Both the position numbers and the translations under genes were made by a program. From positions 1 through 46,963 of the forward strand of contig JBHJHA010000092.1 of NCBI GenBank assembly GCA_050331235.1: a DNA stretch of 46,963 bases. The letters are read 5' to 3'. The notes beneath the pieces are model-generated. The model was not told the origin of the DNA. It made no database searches and saw only the letters and a program-made list of their open reading frames with translations. Below, piece after piece: positions 19,663 through 29,772 of the stretch. This DNA is from Leptolyngbyaceae cyanobacterium. GTDB lineage: Bacteria; Cyanobacteriota; Cyanobacteriia; Phormidesmidales; Phormidesmidaceae. Each line of letters starts with the position of its first letter. Within the stretch, counting starts at the first letter, position 1.

Positions 19663-20979
19663 CTACTGCGGGCTATAGGGCAGGATATGTAAAGCTCCAT
19701 AGGCAGTGGGCGAAAGATACGTTTGAGCAGCTGTCTGAATGTCAACTAGGGACAATTGTTGAATCCGAGCAGGATAAGTCAGTGCATGATGCAGCTGACC
19801 GACCAAAGTCTGGTAATAGCCATATAGTCCGGCGCGATCGCTCGGACTTTCGCTGCCAAACACATAGCGGTTAGCAACCTGGGTTTGTACCCGCTGCAAT
19901 TCATCTAGGGTGATTGGTGTTTCATGGAGACGGGCAATGTGCTCAATTATTCTGGCTTCTACCTGGTCAATATGGTCGGTCGGTAGCTGTGCAGTAATAC
20001 TAAACACTCCCTGCTGCCAATAAGACATATTGCTCGCAGAAATCCCCATAACAAGCTGCTGCTGCTCACGTAAGTCCTGCACGAGTCGCGAGAGTCGCCC
20101 CCTTGCTAGGACTGAAACCAACACGTCTAGGGCATCAGTTTTTTCGACCTCGGCGAGACCGGGTACTCGCCAGGTCATGACTAATCGGGCCTGCTGGAGA
20201 GCCGGGTCGACATAGGTTTGTCTTTCAATTGTCGAAAAGGGAGCTTCTGGAGCAGAACGGCAAATATTTGCTTCGGTAAAGCGACTGTCTGGGTGCGTTT
20301 GTTTGCGGACCATAGCCTGGTCAAACCCATCTGCGATCGTTTGTATCAAGGTATCTACCGGCAGGTTGCCTACGGCCACGGCTGTAATTCTTTCTGGCTG
20401 ATACCAATAGCGGTGAAAATCTTGCATCTGCTCCACCGCCAGGCTCTCGATGACCTGGGTCGGGCCGAGTAAAGGGCGTCGATAGGGCAGCCGCGAGAAA
20501 GCCATTTGCATCGAATGGGAAAACATCCGTCGCCGGGGATTGTCTTCGGCCCGCAAAATCTCTTCGAGAATTACGGGGCGTTCCCGCTCAAATTCGGCTG
20601 TTGCCAGCAGAGGATTCATCACGAGCTCAATCTGTAGCGGGGCCAAGGCAACAAAATCCTTGGGTGCGCAGGTGATGAAAAACTGAGTATAGTCCTGGCT
20701 GGTAGCCGCGTTGGCCATGCCGCCACAGGCTTCGATACGGCGTTCAAATTCGCCGGTGGGCAACTGAGACGTGCCCTTGAAAATCATGTGCTCTAAAAAA
20801 TGAGCCATGCCGTTAATGGCATCCGACTCAACGGCAGAGCCAACACGAAACCACAGACTCAGGTTGACGGCATCAACGGGCATCTGCTGAGCGATGACGG
20901 TCAGACCATTGCTTAATTGCCGAACGGTTGGGGCTGACAAAGCAAGCTGCAAACTACTGTCGGCGATCGCAAAGGCCAT
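19663..20979 (-). CDS. M16 (pitrilysin/insulinase) zinc peptidase
   Basis: GMAHFLEHMIFKGT (HxxEH), NAATSQDYT, SRL motif. Confidence 0.93.
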   Translation of the reverse strand: MAFAIADSSLQLALSAPTVRQLSNGLTVIAQQMPVDAVNLSLWFRVGSAVESDAINGMAHFLEHMIFKGTSQLPTGEFERRIEACGGMANAATSQDYTQFFITCAPKDFVALAPLQIELVMNPLLATAEFERERPVILEEILRAEDNPRRRMFSHSMQMAFSRLPYRRPLLGPTQVIESLAVEQMQDFHRYWYQPERITAVAVGNLPVDTLIQTIADGFDQAMVRKQTHPDSRFTEANICRSAPEAPFSTIERQTYVDPALQQARLVMTWRVPGLAEVEKTDALDVLVSVLARGRLSRLVQDLREQQQLVMGISASNMSYWQQGVFSITAQLPTDHIDQVEARIIEHIARLHETPITLDELQRVQTQVANRYVFGSESPSDRAGLYGYYQTLVGQLHHALTYPARIQQLSLVDIQTAAQTYLSPTAYGALHILPYSPQ

Positions 20980-21337
20980 GGACGACGTTACTCCTCGATT
21001 TCCTAATTGCTTCAATTATCTTAACGGGTGAGTTACGGAAACCCTCTAACTTTCCTAAGTTTTAAGAAGAAAATCGCTCGAAAACGACAAAAATCAAGGG
21101 TTTAGCTCTGAAAGCTTTTTGGATTGGCGGCATAAACGTAAAAAAGTTACCTTGAGTTGGCTATTTTCATGATTTGCGGGCTATTTAGGGCATTTTTGGA
21201 CTGGGTATGCGCTTTCCTCAGACTTGTGCACTAAACTTAGGCATTGAACAGCGCCAAGTGGGATATGAAGGTCAGCTTTTGACTCAGAGTCCACTTAAAC
21301 CTCTATCAGTCGGTTCAGCACTTCAGGAAGAATCCAA

Positions 21338-22042
21338 ATGGGCACCTGGATTAAAGAAACAAGCAAGGCCATCTACCTCATGGAGGGCGGATATTGGATA
21401 TCGCGATTATCCAAATATCCCTCTTCCACGAACCCCGACGAGCAAGTTCTGAATATTCAAGCCATTCGCTCTTGGTTCACCCGAGAAGATTATCCTCGGG
21501 CGATGACGGTCTCCCTCAAAACGACGGTGGAGCCGAATCCCAAGCCTGCGCCCCCGCCCCCACCCCCCGGGTCGGGAACCGATCACATCAACAGTGATGG
21601 CTTAACCATCATCAAGCATTTTGAAGGTCGAGAACTAAGGGCATATCAAGACTCGGTGGGCGTATGGACCATTGGGTATGGCCACACTTCAGCAGCGGGC
21701 CCACCGCAGGTCTATGCAGGGCAGACTATTACTGAACAGCAGGCCGAAGATATTCTCAAGAAAGATCTGGAGCTATTTGAAGGCGGCGTGCGCGATTTGG
21801 TCAAAGTGCCCGTTAATGGTGACCAATTTTCAGCGCTGGTTTCATTTAGTTTTAATGTTGGTCTAGGGGCCTTGGCTGACTCCACCCTATTGCGAAAGCT
21901 GAATGCTGGTGACTATCAAGGAGCCGCAGATGAGTTTCCCCGCTGGGTAAAGGCGGGTGGAGAAACGTTGCCGGGTTTGGTCCGCCGCCGCGATGCCGAA
22001 AGGGCCTTGTTCCTTGGTCAAGATTACACTCGCTATCTTTAG
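21338..22042 (+). CDS. GH24 (phage-type) lysozyme with an extra N-terminal domain and Pro-rich linker
   Basis: E-x8-D-x5-T catalytic motif in FEGRELRAYQDSVGVWTIGYGHT; LPGLVRRRDAERALF. Confidence 0.93.
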   Translation: MGTWIKETSKAIYLMEGGYWISRLSKYPSSTNPDEQVLNIQAIRSWFTREDYPRAMTVSLKTTVEPNPKPAPPPPPPGSGTDHINSDGLTIIKHFEGRELRAYQDSVGVWTIGYGHTSAAGPPQVYAGQTITEQQAEDILKKDLELFEGGVRDLVKVPVNGDQFSALVSFSFNVGLGALADSTLLRKLNAGDYQGAADEFPRWVKAGGETLPGLVRRRDAERALFLGQDYTRYL

Positions 22043-22080
22043 AGCCCGAGTTGGTTGTCCGGGCCGCAAAAGATGGGCGA

Positions 22081-22635
22081 CTATCTCTGCAGTTGATGGC
22101 CGCATTGGGCACAAAAGCGATCGCCTGACTGTACGGCACTGCCACACTGGCTACAAAATTTTGGCCCTGGGGATGGTGGCTGGGTCTCAGCAGTTTCTGG
22201 TCTCGAGTTGCCCTTCTGCATTGTCATATTGTCCATCCGCATTTGCATTGGTTGAGCATTCATTGCCATATTGTCCATGCGCATGGGCGGCAGGGGTGCC
22301 ATCGGCGGTAGGGGTGGGATAGCAGCAGCGGCATCTGCCACAGAGTTCATGGGCACTGGTTCTAGATTGGGGAGCGATGGTGGTTGAGCCAACGACTGTA
22401 ACTGTTGCCCCTGTACTTGGAAATACTGAACACTCCGTTGAGTCGTAAGCTGGATGAGATGTCCTTGCCCGGTTTGAAAAATCGCAGGGGGAGCAGTCCA
22501 TCCCCCCGTTGTGAACTGGCTGCTTGCTTGCTGCTGTTGCCCCCCATCGCCAGAGGCCAAGGTAATGGTGGTTTGCTCACCGACGTTTGCGAGTATGAGT
22601 CTTTGCCCAGGGGTTAGTTCACAGGTGTAGGCCAT
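22081..22635 (-). CDS. Zinc-ribbon domain protein with Met/Pro-rich linker
   Basis: C-terminal FCSQCG....DRFCAQCG; start MAYTCEL. Confidence 0.82.
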   Translation of the reverse strand: MAYTCELTPGQRLILANVGEQTTITLASGDGGQQQQASSQFTTGGWTAPPAIFQTGQGHLIQLTTQRSVQYFQVQGQQLQSLAQPPSLPNLEPVPMNSVADAAAAIPPLPPMAPLPPMRMDNMAMNAQPMQMRMDNMTMQKGNSRPETAETQPPSPGPKFCSQCGSAVQSGDRFCAQCGHQLQR

Positions 22636-22780
22636 GGTGATGATTAAACGCGTAGGGAATGAATGCCGTCTTTTTATTGTGAGAGGCAATTTGCCATTGC
22701 GGCCTAAGAATTCATGAATCTCTGCGGCCTAAACCTGGCCTGAATGCCTTCGAGAGCTTAGTCAAACGGTGGGCAGTGAA

Positions 22781-23740
22781 TTACACTGAGCTGTCTGGGC
22801 TGAGCGTCGGACTCTGTCCCAAAATCTGCTTCATCAAAAAAGGTAAAACTGCTTCGTTTTGACTATGCTCAGTCCCTTCGATAAATGCCACTAGTTGAAA
22901 AGGGACATAGCCTGCCAACTCGACATAAACCGCGTCATGCCTGACTTTGCTCGTCAATCCGGCTTTAGACCAGAGGGCGGCACTGCCGGGGAGGCCGGCC
23001 CCTAGAAATCCAGTGACCTGATTTTCAGGATCGGCAGCCAAGGCCTGCGGGTCTAAAGAGCGGCACATCAGCGACATCATAGTTTGCGATCGCGCACCAC
23101 TCACTGCGACCCCGCCGACAATGCTGTGTAATAGCCGTGCAGTCGCCTCAGTTGTCAGCATATTGCGGTTTTCATAGGTTTCACCCAAAAAAAGGCGCTC
23201 CCGCCCATAGGGCCCATCACACCAAGTTTTTTGGTTCACGTTGATTGTGTCCAACTCAGGCCACTGAAGAGAAGCAAAATAGCGATTGACAATGTTGCGC
23301 TGCGCCTGCCAGGTTGCAAAAGGACCAGCTGGGAGCTCAGGGCCGCTGGTCGTACCCGACAGCACGTCGACGATGAAGCCTGTAGCATCATTGCTGGACT
23401 CAACAATCATGTCCTTGAGAGCCCGCTCGAGTTCCGGAGTAGTCGGCACCATTTCTCGCTCCATCCACTCGTGAGCGGCGACTAGGTAGAAAAGCTTCAC
23501 AACGCTGGCGGGGTAAACCAGTTCGACCCCGCGATAGCTGGCACCTGGGGGAGGATACTGCCAAAAATCAGAGGCACTGATGGCTCCGCCAGTATTGATG
23601 GGAAAGGGAGGTGGATAGATTAACCACGTTGCGGCGATCTGGTTGCGGGCCAGCCGAGGAAAGGCTTCCCAGGTCGCTTCTAACGCTTCTTCTAGACAAC
23701 TTTGGAGCTCAGCATCACGTTCAAAAAAAGTGGCTGCCAC
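22781..23740 (-). CDS. Serine hydrolase, class-A beta-lactamase/PBP-A-like
   Basis: YPASVVK (SxxK), SSN, WSKAG motifs. Confidence 0.88.
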   Translation of the reverse strand: MAATFFERDAELQSCLEEALEATWEAFPRLARNQIAATWLIYPPPFPINTGGAISASDFWQYPPPGASYRGVELVYPASVVKLFYLVAAHEWMEREMVPTTPELERALKDMIVESSNDATGFIVDVLSGTTSGPELPAGPFATWQAQRNIVNRYFASLQWPELDTINVNQKTWCDGPYGRERLFLGETYENRNMLTTEATARLLHSIVGGVAVSGARSQTMMSLMCRSLDPQALAADPENQVTGFLGAGLPGSAALWSKAGLTSKVRHDAVYVELAGYVPFQLVAFIEGTEHSQNEAVLPFLMKQILGQSPTLSPDSSV

Positions 23741-24057
23741 GGTTGTAACTCATTGATCAATGCATGATTAACCATACCTGGTTGCAGGTGATTTACAAAC
23801 TCTGCCATGAGGGCGCTCCTGTGGAGATTGGACTAGGTGAAACAGTGGTCTCATCCGGGTAGGATGGTTTCCCGTTCCGCGAGTGTGGTCTGGGCCTCAT
23901 AACGTCGAACCTGTGCAGGCAGGGCACTCAGAAATTCACTACGATGAAAATGCCGGTAGCAAATATCTTAGTTGAGAGCTGTACCGAGGCAAGGTGCCGT
24001 TGACTAAAGCTGTTCGCTGACTAAGAACCGTAGGATAGATCAAAGACTACAAAGCCC

Positions 24058-24321
24058 ATGGGAAAATCGTTACCAGAACTGAGTAGCGCTGACCGCGATC
24101 GCATCATTGAAATGGCTTGGGAAGATCGGACCCCCTTTGATGCGATTGAGTTGCAGTTTGGTTTGAAAGAAAAGGACGTGATCACATTAATGCGACGGGA
24201 GATGAAGCCAAGTAGCTTTCGCATGTGGCGCAAACGGGTCACTGGTCGCAGCACCAAACATCGGCAACAAAGAAGGTTTTTGGCCGGGCGCTTTCGTTCT
24301 GCCAATCAGAAAGGCTCTTGA
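24058..24321 (+). CDS. TIGR03643/DUF2805 family protein
   Basis: RIIEMAWEDRTPFDAI...SSFRMWRKRV.GR.TKH. Confidence 0.9.
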   Translation: MGKSLPELSSADRDRIIEMAWEDRTPFDAIELQFGLKEKDVITLMRREMKPSSFRMWRKRVTGRSTKHRQQRRFLAGRFRSANQKGS

Positions 24322-24473
24322 CGGACCGTCAGTGAATAGACTGATGGAGCTGAAAGTTGAGAAAAACCGGCACCATCTTCAAAATTCATCGATATACTTG
24401 ACGGCAGCAGCGCTGCTTGTCGGCGTTGAGCCCTCAGCTCTAGGGTCGGGCGAGATTTTATCAAGATTGCTCG

Positions 24474-26969
24474 ATGGGTTTTCCTGATTTTGATTTGAGG
24501 TTGAAGCAACGAAGCTGGGCCGTCCTATGGGTGACGGCTGGGATTTTAGGTGGCGCGATCGCTGGCGGCCCTGTCTATGGCCTCGACCACTCAAATGTAG
24601 CAACGGTTAATCCCCCCCCGTCCAAGTTCGACCTCGCCTACATTTGGCCCTTACAGCAGCAGCGTTTGCCTGATCTGTGGCAGGGGTTGCGTCGGGGTCA
24701 AGCCGCCTTTTGGGCAGAATTCCAGCAAGGGGGATTTGCTGCTCTGACTGGGGTTGAGCAACGTCGCCCCATTCGGCTGTTGGAGGGGGCAACTTACACC
24801 ATTGGCCAAGACAATGGCATTACCTTTACGCTAGCTAATGGGGTCGTGGTGCCGCCAATTTCGCGCCAGGGCTACGAAGCGATTCGAGCAACCCTGCCGC
24901 CAGATGAGCAAACGACTCTCGACGATAAGCTGTTTTGGCACCTACAGCGCAATCCAGCCATTCCGCTGATTGCTTCTGGCCTAGGGCGCGGTGAGTACGA
25001 AGAGCTGATTAGTAATAAGGTATTTGACACCGACACGTACTATCTCAAACCCTTTTTAGGGTACTTGTTTTGGGCCGCACAAAAGGCCGATGTTTCATTG
25101 CAAGAGCTCTTGCCGCTCGTGGAAACCCATCTGATCACCATGGAGTTTCCCTATCTGCGAGAGACGAATTTGGCCCAGTCTAGTGGTGTGGTGCATTCGT
25201 TCTATAAATATGAGCAGGAGCTGACAAACAAGCAGTATCTGATGCGATCGCTGCTGGCGACACCGTTGGAACCTTGGGCCCGGCTAGAGGCGATCGCCCA
25301 GGTTGAGGCCAGCACCACCAAGCAGGATTACACTGATACTGGCTCGACCAGCACTACCATTTCACTCGGTCGCCTGCCGCTGCCCACACCGACTGCCGCT
25401 GAGGATACCCCAGCGGTACACGCCTTAAATATTACCCATTTGGCCCGACAGGGAATCGATTTGTTCCCCCCTGATTTGGTGGAGAGCGCTCTTATCTATC
25501 GTCAGGTGTATGTGCAGCGCTTGGACCTTGAGGAAACCCTGAGGCAACAGCTCGCCGCCTTGGCTGAGGACCGGGGCGTGCCGATTTTGACGGCAATCAA
25601 CAACTACTACGACGATGGCTTTTGGCAAGCCATTGGACTTGGGGAAACCCTCAATCAGCAGTCCGTCAATCAGATGGACACCTCACGGTTGTTGGGCATT
25701 TACGCGACTCGGCTAGAGTCGATTACCAGCCATTCCGCTGCCGACAGTTACCCTCTGGCCCGCGATCACTTCGTCACCTTCTTTCAGAAAAATTCTGCTG
25801 GTTTACCAGAATCACAGCTGTTGACTTTGCTGTTTTGTGACCAAGCCTTTAATCCTCGATTTTGGCGATCGCTCAAGCGACGTCAGCCTGAGTTGGCACC
25901 TGAGATCAATGATATTCAGAACGCCATTGCCCAGTTAGAGCAGGGTTACCTAGCCGCAGCGACCCAAGAAGCCGAGGTTTTTCGACAGTTGCAGGGACAC
26001 CAGCTAGACATGACAACGGAGGCGTTTTCACTGCTGTCGGTGGCTATGGCCAAGCGACTCAGCGATCTGGTGTACGAAGAGTTTCAGCCGGGCGATCGCA
26101 AACACCCGGATTACCTCAAATTCACTCAAGCGATTTATCCCTTTCTGCGAGATATGCCGGATCTCAACATGCAGTGGGGCAGCGGTCAAAATATCAAACG
26201 ATATGGTTTGGATAACTACGTTGTGCCCAACTTGATGGCCCTTGAGGCTGCGGAAGCACCGACTTTGGCCGCTATGGGCGATTTGTGGTTCAAGCTGGTG
26301 TCGAACGGTGATCTTGCTCGTTGGGACCGCGATACCTTTATGCGGTTGCTGAGCACTGGATTCAGCCTGTCCTCAAATCAGCCACCGGCGCGACTGCCGC
26401 CTGACCAACTAAACTTACTCGCGCTAGCTGATAAATATCGTCCTGAGCTGAAGCGTGTCACGGGAGCTGACGGCAACAGTGCGCCCTCGGTACTCCATGG
26501 CTTATCTCATTTGGATTTTCGAGTGGAGGGATGGCCGGAAACCCGAGCTCCCCTGTCTCCTCGGTCACGACGACTCGATGCGTCGATCCTGCGTGAGTTA
26601 TTTCCGACCCTGTCCTCAGACGATATTGATAATCTCAATTGGCGACTGTCAGACTACAGTGGCGAAATCTCGTTTTCCTTGCCAATGGTGTTGCTGCTGA
26701 ATCCATTATTTGTGCAGCGGGCTGACGGTGCGGTGGATCTGTTATTTGAACTGGAAGATCAACAACTGACCTTTCCCAGAATTAGTCATCATTTTGAGTC
26801 CATTTATGTGCCCGCCTACATGACCCGCGTTGCCTTGCCCCGCGAGCCCGATGCGGCATATGTCAGTGCCCTCAATCAGATGGTGCGAACGAGCCATGCC
26901 ATGTATGGGGGCTTTACCGCCATGCCGATGACGCTACCCTCTCCGTTGCAATCCATCCCTAGTGAATAG
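24474..26969 (+). CDS. Large hypothetical protein (831 aa), probably exported
   Basis: Long uninterrupted ORF with an N-terminal basic-hydrophobic signal-like segment; no family recognised. Confidence 0.85.
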   Translation: MGFPDFDLRLKQRSWAVLWVTAGILGGAIAGGPVYGLDHSNVATVNPPPSKFDLAYIWPLQQQRLPDLWQGLRRGQAAFWAEFQQGGFAALTGVEQRRPIRLLEGATYTIGQDNGITFTLANGVVVPPISRQGYEAIRATLPPDEQTTLDDKLFWHLQRNPAIPLIASGLGRGEYEELISNKVFDTDTYYLKPFLGYLFWAAQKADVSLQELLPLVETHLITMEFPYLRETNLAQSSGVVHSFYKYEQELTNKQYLMRSLLATPLEPWARLEAIAQVEASTTKQDYTDTGSTSTTISLGRLPLPTPTAAEDTPAVHALNITHLARQGIDLFPPDLVESALIYRQVYVQRLDLEETLRQQLAALAEDRGVPILTAINNYYDDGFWQAIGLGETLNQQSVNQMDTSRLLGIYATRLESITSHSAADSYPLARDHFVTFFQKNSAGLPESQLLTLLFCDQAFNPRFWRSLKRRQPELAPEINDIQNAIAQLEQGYLAAATQEAEVFRQLQGHQLDMTTEAFSLLSVAMAKRLSDLVYEEFQPGDRKHPDYLKFTQAIYPFLRDMPDLNMQWGSGQNIKRYGLDNYVVPNLMALEAAEAPTLAAMGDLWFKLVSNGDLARWDRDTFMRLLSTGFSLSSNQPPARLPPDQLNLLALADKYRPELKRVTGADGNSAPSVLHGLSHLDFRVEGWPETRAPLSPRSRRLDASILRELFPTLSSDDIDNLNWRLSDYSGEISFSLPMVLLLNPLFVQRADGAVDLLFELEDQQLTFPRISHHFESIYVPAYMTRVALPREPDAAYVSALNQMVRTSHAMYGGFTAMPMTLPSPLQSIPSE

Positions 26970-27140
26970 CACGCCGCCGCCAGACACTCCACCTAGAACC
27001 TTTCTCTAGATCATCTGTGCCGGATAAAACTGGATACCGCCATGTATTCAGTTTTCGAGATTGGGTTTTACTGAAAGTCACTAACCGACTTCGGTAGAAT
27101 AGGCTAGTAACCTAATCCATTGAGCTGATTGAGCGAGCCC

Positions 27141-28166
27141 ATGCCTCCAGCGGTATTAGTAGACGGTTTAAAGAAGTCCTATGGAGACGTCGAAGCGGTT
27201 AAAGATGTCTCATTTCAAATTGAGCCGGGTGAAATTTTTGGCTTGCTAGGTCCCAACGGCGCTGGCAAGACGACGATGATCAAATGCCTATGTACCTTGA
27301 GTACGCCTGATGCGGGCAGGGTGGAAATTAGCGGCGAGTCGGTCTTAGATAATCCAGCCTTAGCTCGGCAGCGCTTGGGCTATATCGCCCAAGATGTAGC
27401 ACTAGATAAAGTGTTGACCGGGCGTGAGTTGCTGCAGCTACAGGCGGCCCTCTATCACATGCCGGCTAAAATTGCCCACGATCGCATTGAGCAGATGATC
27501 GCCCTGCTTGAACTGACGGACTGGGCGAATAAAAAGTCGGGTACCTATTCCGGTGGTCTCAAAAAGCGTTTGGATTTGGCGATGGGATTGCTCCATCAGC
27601 CCGATGTACTGGTACTAGATGAACCTACGGTTGGTCTCGATATTGAGACACGTACAGCGGTATGGCAATTTTTGCGGCAGCTGCGGGAAGCCGGTACAAC
27701 GGTGCTCTTGACGAGTCACTACTTGGAAGAGGTGGACGCGCTCTCTGATCGGGTGGCCATTATCGACCATGGCAAAGTGATTGCCGAAGGTACGCCCAGC
27801 CAGCTAAAAGACCGCGTGGGGGGCGATCGCATCACCCTCCGAATTCGCGAATTTACCCCGGATGAAGAGGCCGACCAAGCACGGGCAATGCTACAAGCCC
27901 TTGACTGCGTGGAAGACGTGATTGTCAATGAAGCCCAAGGTAATTCACTGAACTTGGTAGTCACAGTTCAGTCGGATGCGCTGATGACGGTGCGCCAAGC
28001 CCTTAAAGAGGCGGATTTGCCTATGTTTGGCATTTCGCAGTCACGCCCCAGTCTTGATGACGTTTACCTAGCTGCCACCGGTCGTACCTTGATGGATGCT
28101 GAGATTGCCGCCGCCGGCAGCCGCGACCTCAAGGCCGAGCGCAAGCAAGCGATGAAAGGTAGCTGA
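27141..28166 (+). CDS. ABC transporter ATP-binding protein (DrrA-like)
   Basis: GPNGAGKT, YSGG, VLDEPT, SHY. Alternative start TTG 27129. Confidence 0.93.
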   Translation: MPPAVLVDGLKKSYGDVEAVKDVSFQIEPGEIFGLLGPNGAGKTTMIKCLCTLSTPDAGRVEISGESVLDNPALARQRLGYIAQDVALDKVLTGRELLQLQAALYHMPAKIAHDRIEQMIALLELTDWANKKSGTYSGGLKKRLDLAMGLLHQPDVLVLDEPTVGLDIETRTAVWQFLRQLREAGTTVLLTSHYLEEVDALSDRVAIIDHGKVIAEGTPSQLKDRVGGDRITLRIREFTPDEEADQARAMLQALDCVEDVIVNEAQGNSLNLVVTVQSDALMTVRQALKEADLPMFGISQSRPSLDDVYLAATGRTLMDAEIAAAGSRDLKAERKQAMKGS

Positions 28167-28264
28167 GTGACCATCGCGAGCGATCGCCAATTGCTAGGAT
28201 GCTGCCAACTTCAATCCATTCGCATTCCGTCTCGATTCTGTAAACCCCACCCTACCCTGCCCCT

Positions 28265-29182
28265 ATGAGTACGACCTATAGCCCAAAGCCCAAATTCTCC
28301 CTTGACAACCCTGATCTGCGCCAATGGAAGTCCCAAACCAGTAGTGCTGGTCAAGAGACCCCTGGATTATTTTCAGGTGCCTTTCTACAGGAAACGGGTG
28401 CTATGACTCGACGGCTCTTTATCCAGCTCCAACGGCGCCCCTCAACGCTAGTTGCAGGGGTGATTCAGCCGGTAATGTGGTTGATTTTGTTTGGTGCGCT
28501 TTTTCAAAATGTGCCTTCGGGTCTGTTTGGTGACAGTACTAACTATGGTCAGTTTTTAGGGGCTGGCATCATTGTCTTCACCGCATTTGGTGGGGCTCTT
28601 AATGCGGGGCTGCCGGTCATGTTTGACCGTGAGTTTGGCTTCTTAAACCGCTTTTTAGTCGCACCGCTAGCCTCTCGTTACTCAATTGTGGCAGCTTCAG
28701 CAATCTTCATCGCCGCGATGAGTCTAGTCCAGACCGCTGCAATTATCGGCTTGAGCGCTTTACTAGGGGCGGGTTTGCCTGATCTCGTAGGCTTGGGGCT
28801 GGTGGTCCTGATTGTGTTGACGCTGGTGTTAGGTGTGACGGCGCTAAGCCTAGGCTTAGCGTTTGCCCTACCCGGTCACATCGAGCTGATTGCAGTGATT
28901 TTTGTGACCAATCTCCCGCTTTTGTTTTCCAGCACGGCTTTGGTGCCGCTGTCCTTTATGCCCAACTGGCTACAGATCGTGGCTAGCCTCAATCCGCTGA
29001 GCTACGCCATCGAACCCATCCGCTATATCTACTTACATCCCGGTGACTGGGCCTGGGATAGCGTTGTCATGCAGGCTCCGTTTGGAGGCGTGACCTTAGT
29101 GGCTGCACTGGCAGTTTTGTTAGGGTTTTGTGCAGCCTCTCTGGCACTTGTGCAGCCGTTATTACGTCGTCGAATTGCATAG
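28265..29182 (+). CDS. ABC-2 type permease (Ycf38-like)
   Basis: FDREFGFLNRFLVAPL, MPNWLQIVASLNPLSYAIE; adjacent to the ATPase gene. Confidence 0.92.
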   Translation: MSTTYSPKPKFSLDNPDLRQWKSQTSSAGQETPGLFSGAFLQETGAMTRRLFIQLQRRPSTLVAGVIQPVMWLILFGALFQNVPSGLFGDSTNYGQFLGAGIIVFTAFGGALNAGLPVMFDREFGFLNRFLVAPLASRYSIVAASAIFIAAMSLVQTAAIIGLSALLGAGLPDLVGLGLVVLIVLTLVLGVTALSLGLAFALPGHIELIAVIFVTNLPLLFSSTALVPLSFMPNWLQIVASLNPLSYAIEPIRYIYLHPGDWAWDSVVMQAPFGGVTLVAALAVLLGFCAASLALVQPLLRRRIA

Positions 29183-29267
29183 ACCGCCGATCGCCTTTCA
29201 AAATTGTCTGTTAAATTAGGGCATAGATTGCGTTGGTTATCGCCATAGTCGTTTGAGGAGAACCGTA

Positions 29268-29627
29268 ATGGTTTCATTAAAAAACGCTCTCTCCGGATTG
29301 TTAGTGGGTGGCTTAGTGATGTTTGGAGCGATCGCGCTGGCTGACGTCGCGGTTGCGCAAACCGAAATCGAGCCCTTCGACGGAGCTGGCACCGATGATG
29401 ATGGTGCAGATTTGTTTGGCGAATCTTCCGATCCGTTTGAACTCATCCATCGCGCAATTTTGGCCCCCTCCATGAGCTCGGATGAGTTTCGCGAGCAACA
29501 GAATCGCGCAATTGGCAGCGAAGCCCAAGACTTTCGCTTGCGGCAGCAAGAAGCCCTGCGGCAGCAACCGACCCCCACTCCAGAGGGAGCGGTCGATGAA
29601 GTGACTGTAGATGGTGAAGAGATTTGA
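29268..29627 (+). CDS. Exported hypothetical protein
   Basis: GAGGAG RBS, signal peptide ending AVA-Q, PFELIHRA motif, terminator downstream. Confidence 0.72.
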   Translation: MVSLKNALSGLLVGGLVMFGAIALADVAVAQTEIEPFDGAGTDDDGADLFGESSDPFELIHRAILAPSMSSDEFREQQNRAIGSEAQDFRLRQQEALRQQPTPTPEGAVDEVTVDGEEI

Positions 29628-29657
29628 CCAGCTGATCTTAAAAAAGTACAAATTTTG

Positions 29658-29687
29658 AGGGAGTGCTCTAGCGGGTTCTCCCTTTTT
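29658..29687 (+). terminator. Putative rho-independent terminator
   Basis: AGGGAG...CTCCCT followed by TTTT. Confidence 0.55.
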
Positions 29688-29772
29688 GATTTTGTCCCTT
29701 TCGGCACTGCCAACTCGGCTCAAAATTCGCCATTATGAATAAGAGTAAATGGTGTAAGGCGGGAAAGGTACT

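Noticed and set aside
21138..21150. GTA...TAC upstream of the lysozyme and M16 genes as an NtcA box
   Set aside because: The spacer is 7 nt, not 8.
21338..26969. Prophage or a coherent cell-wall operon around the lysozyme
   Set aside because: No phage structural, integrase or holin genes, mixed orientations, and neighbours that look like ordinary cyanobacterial genes.
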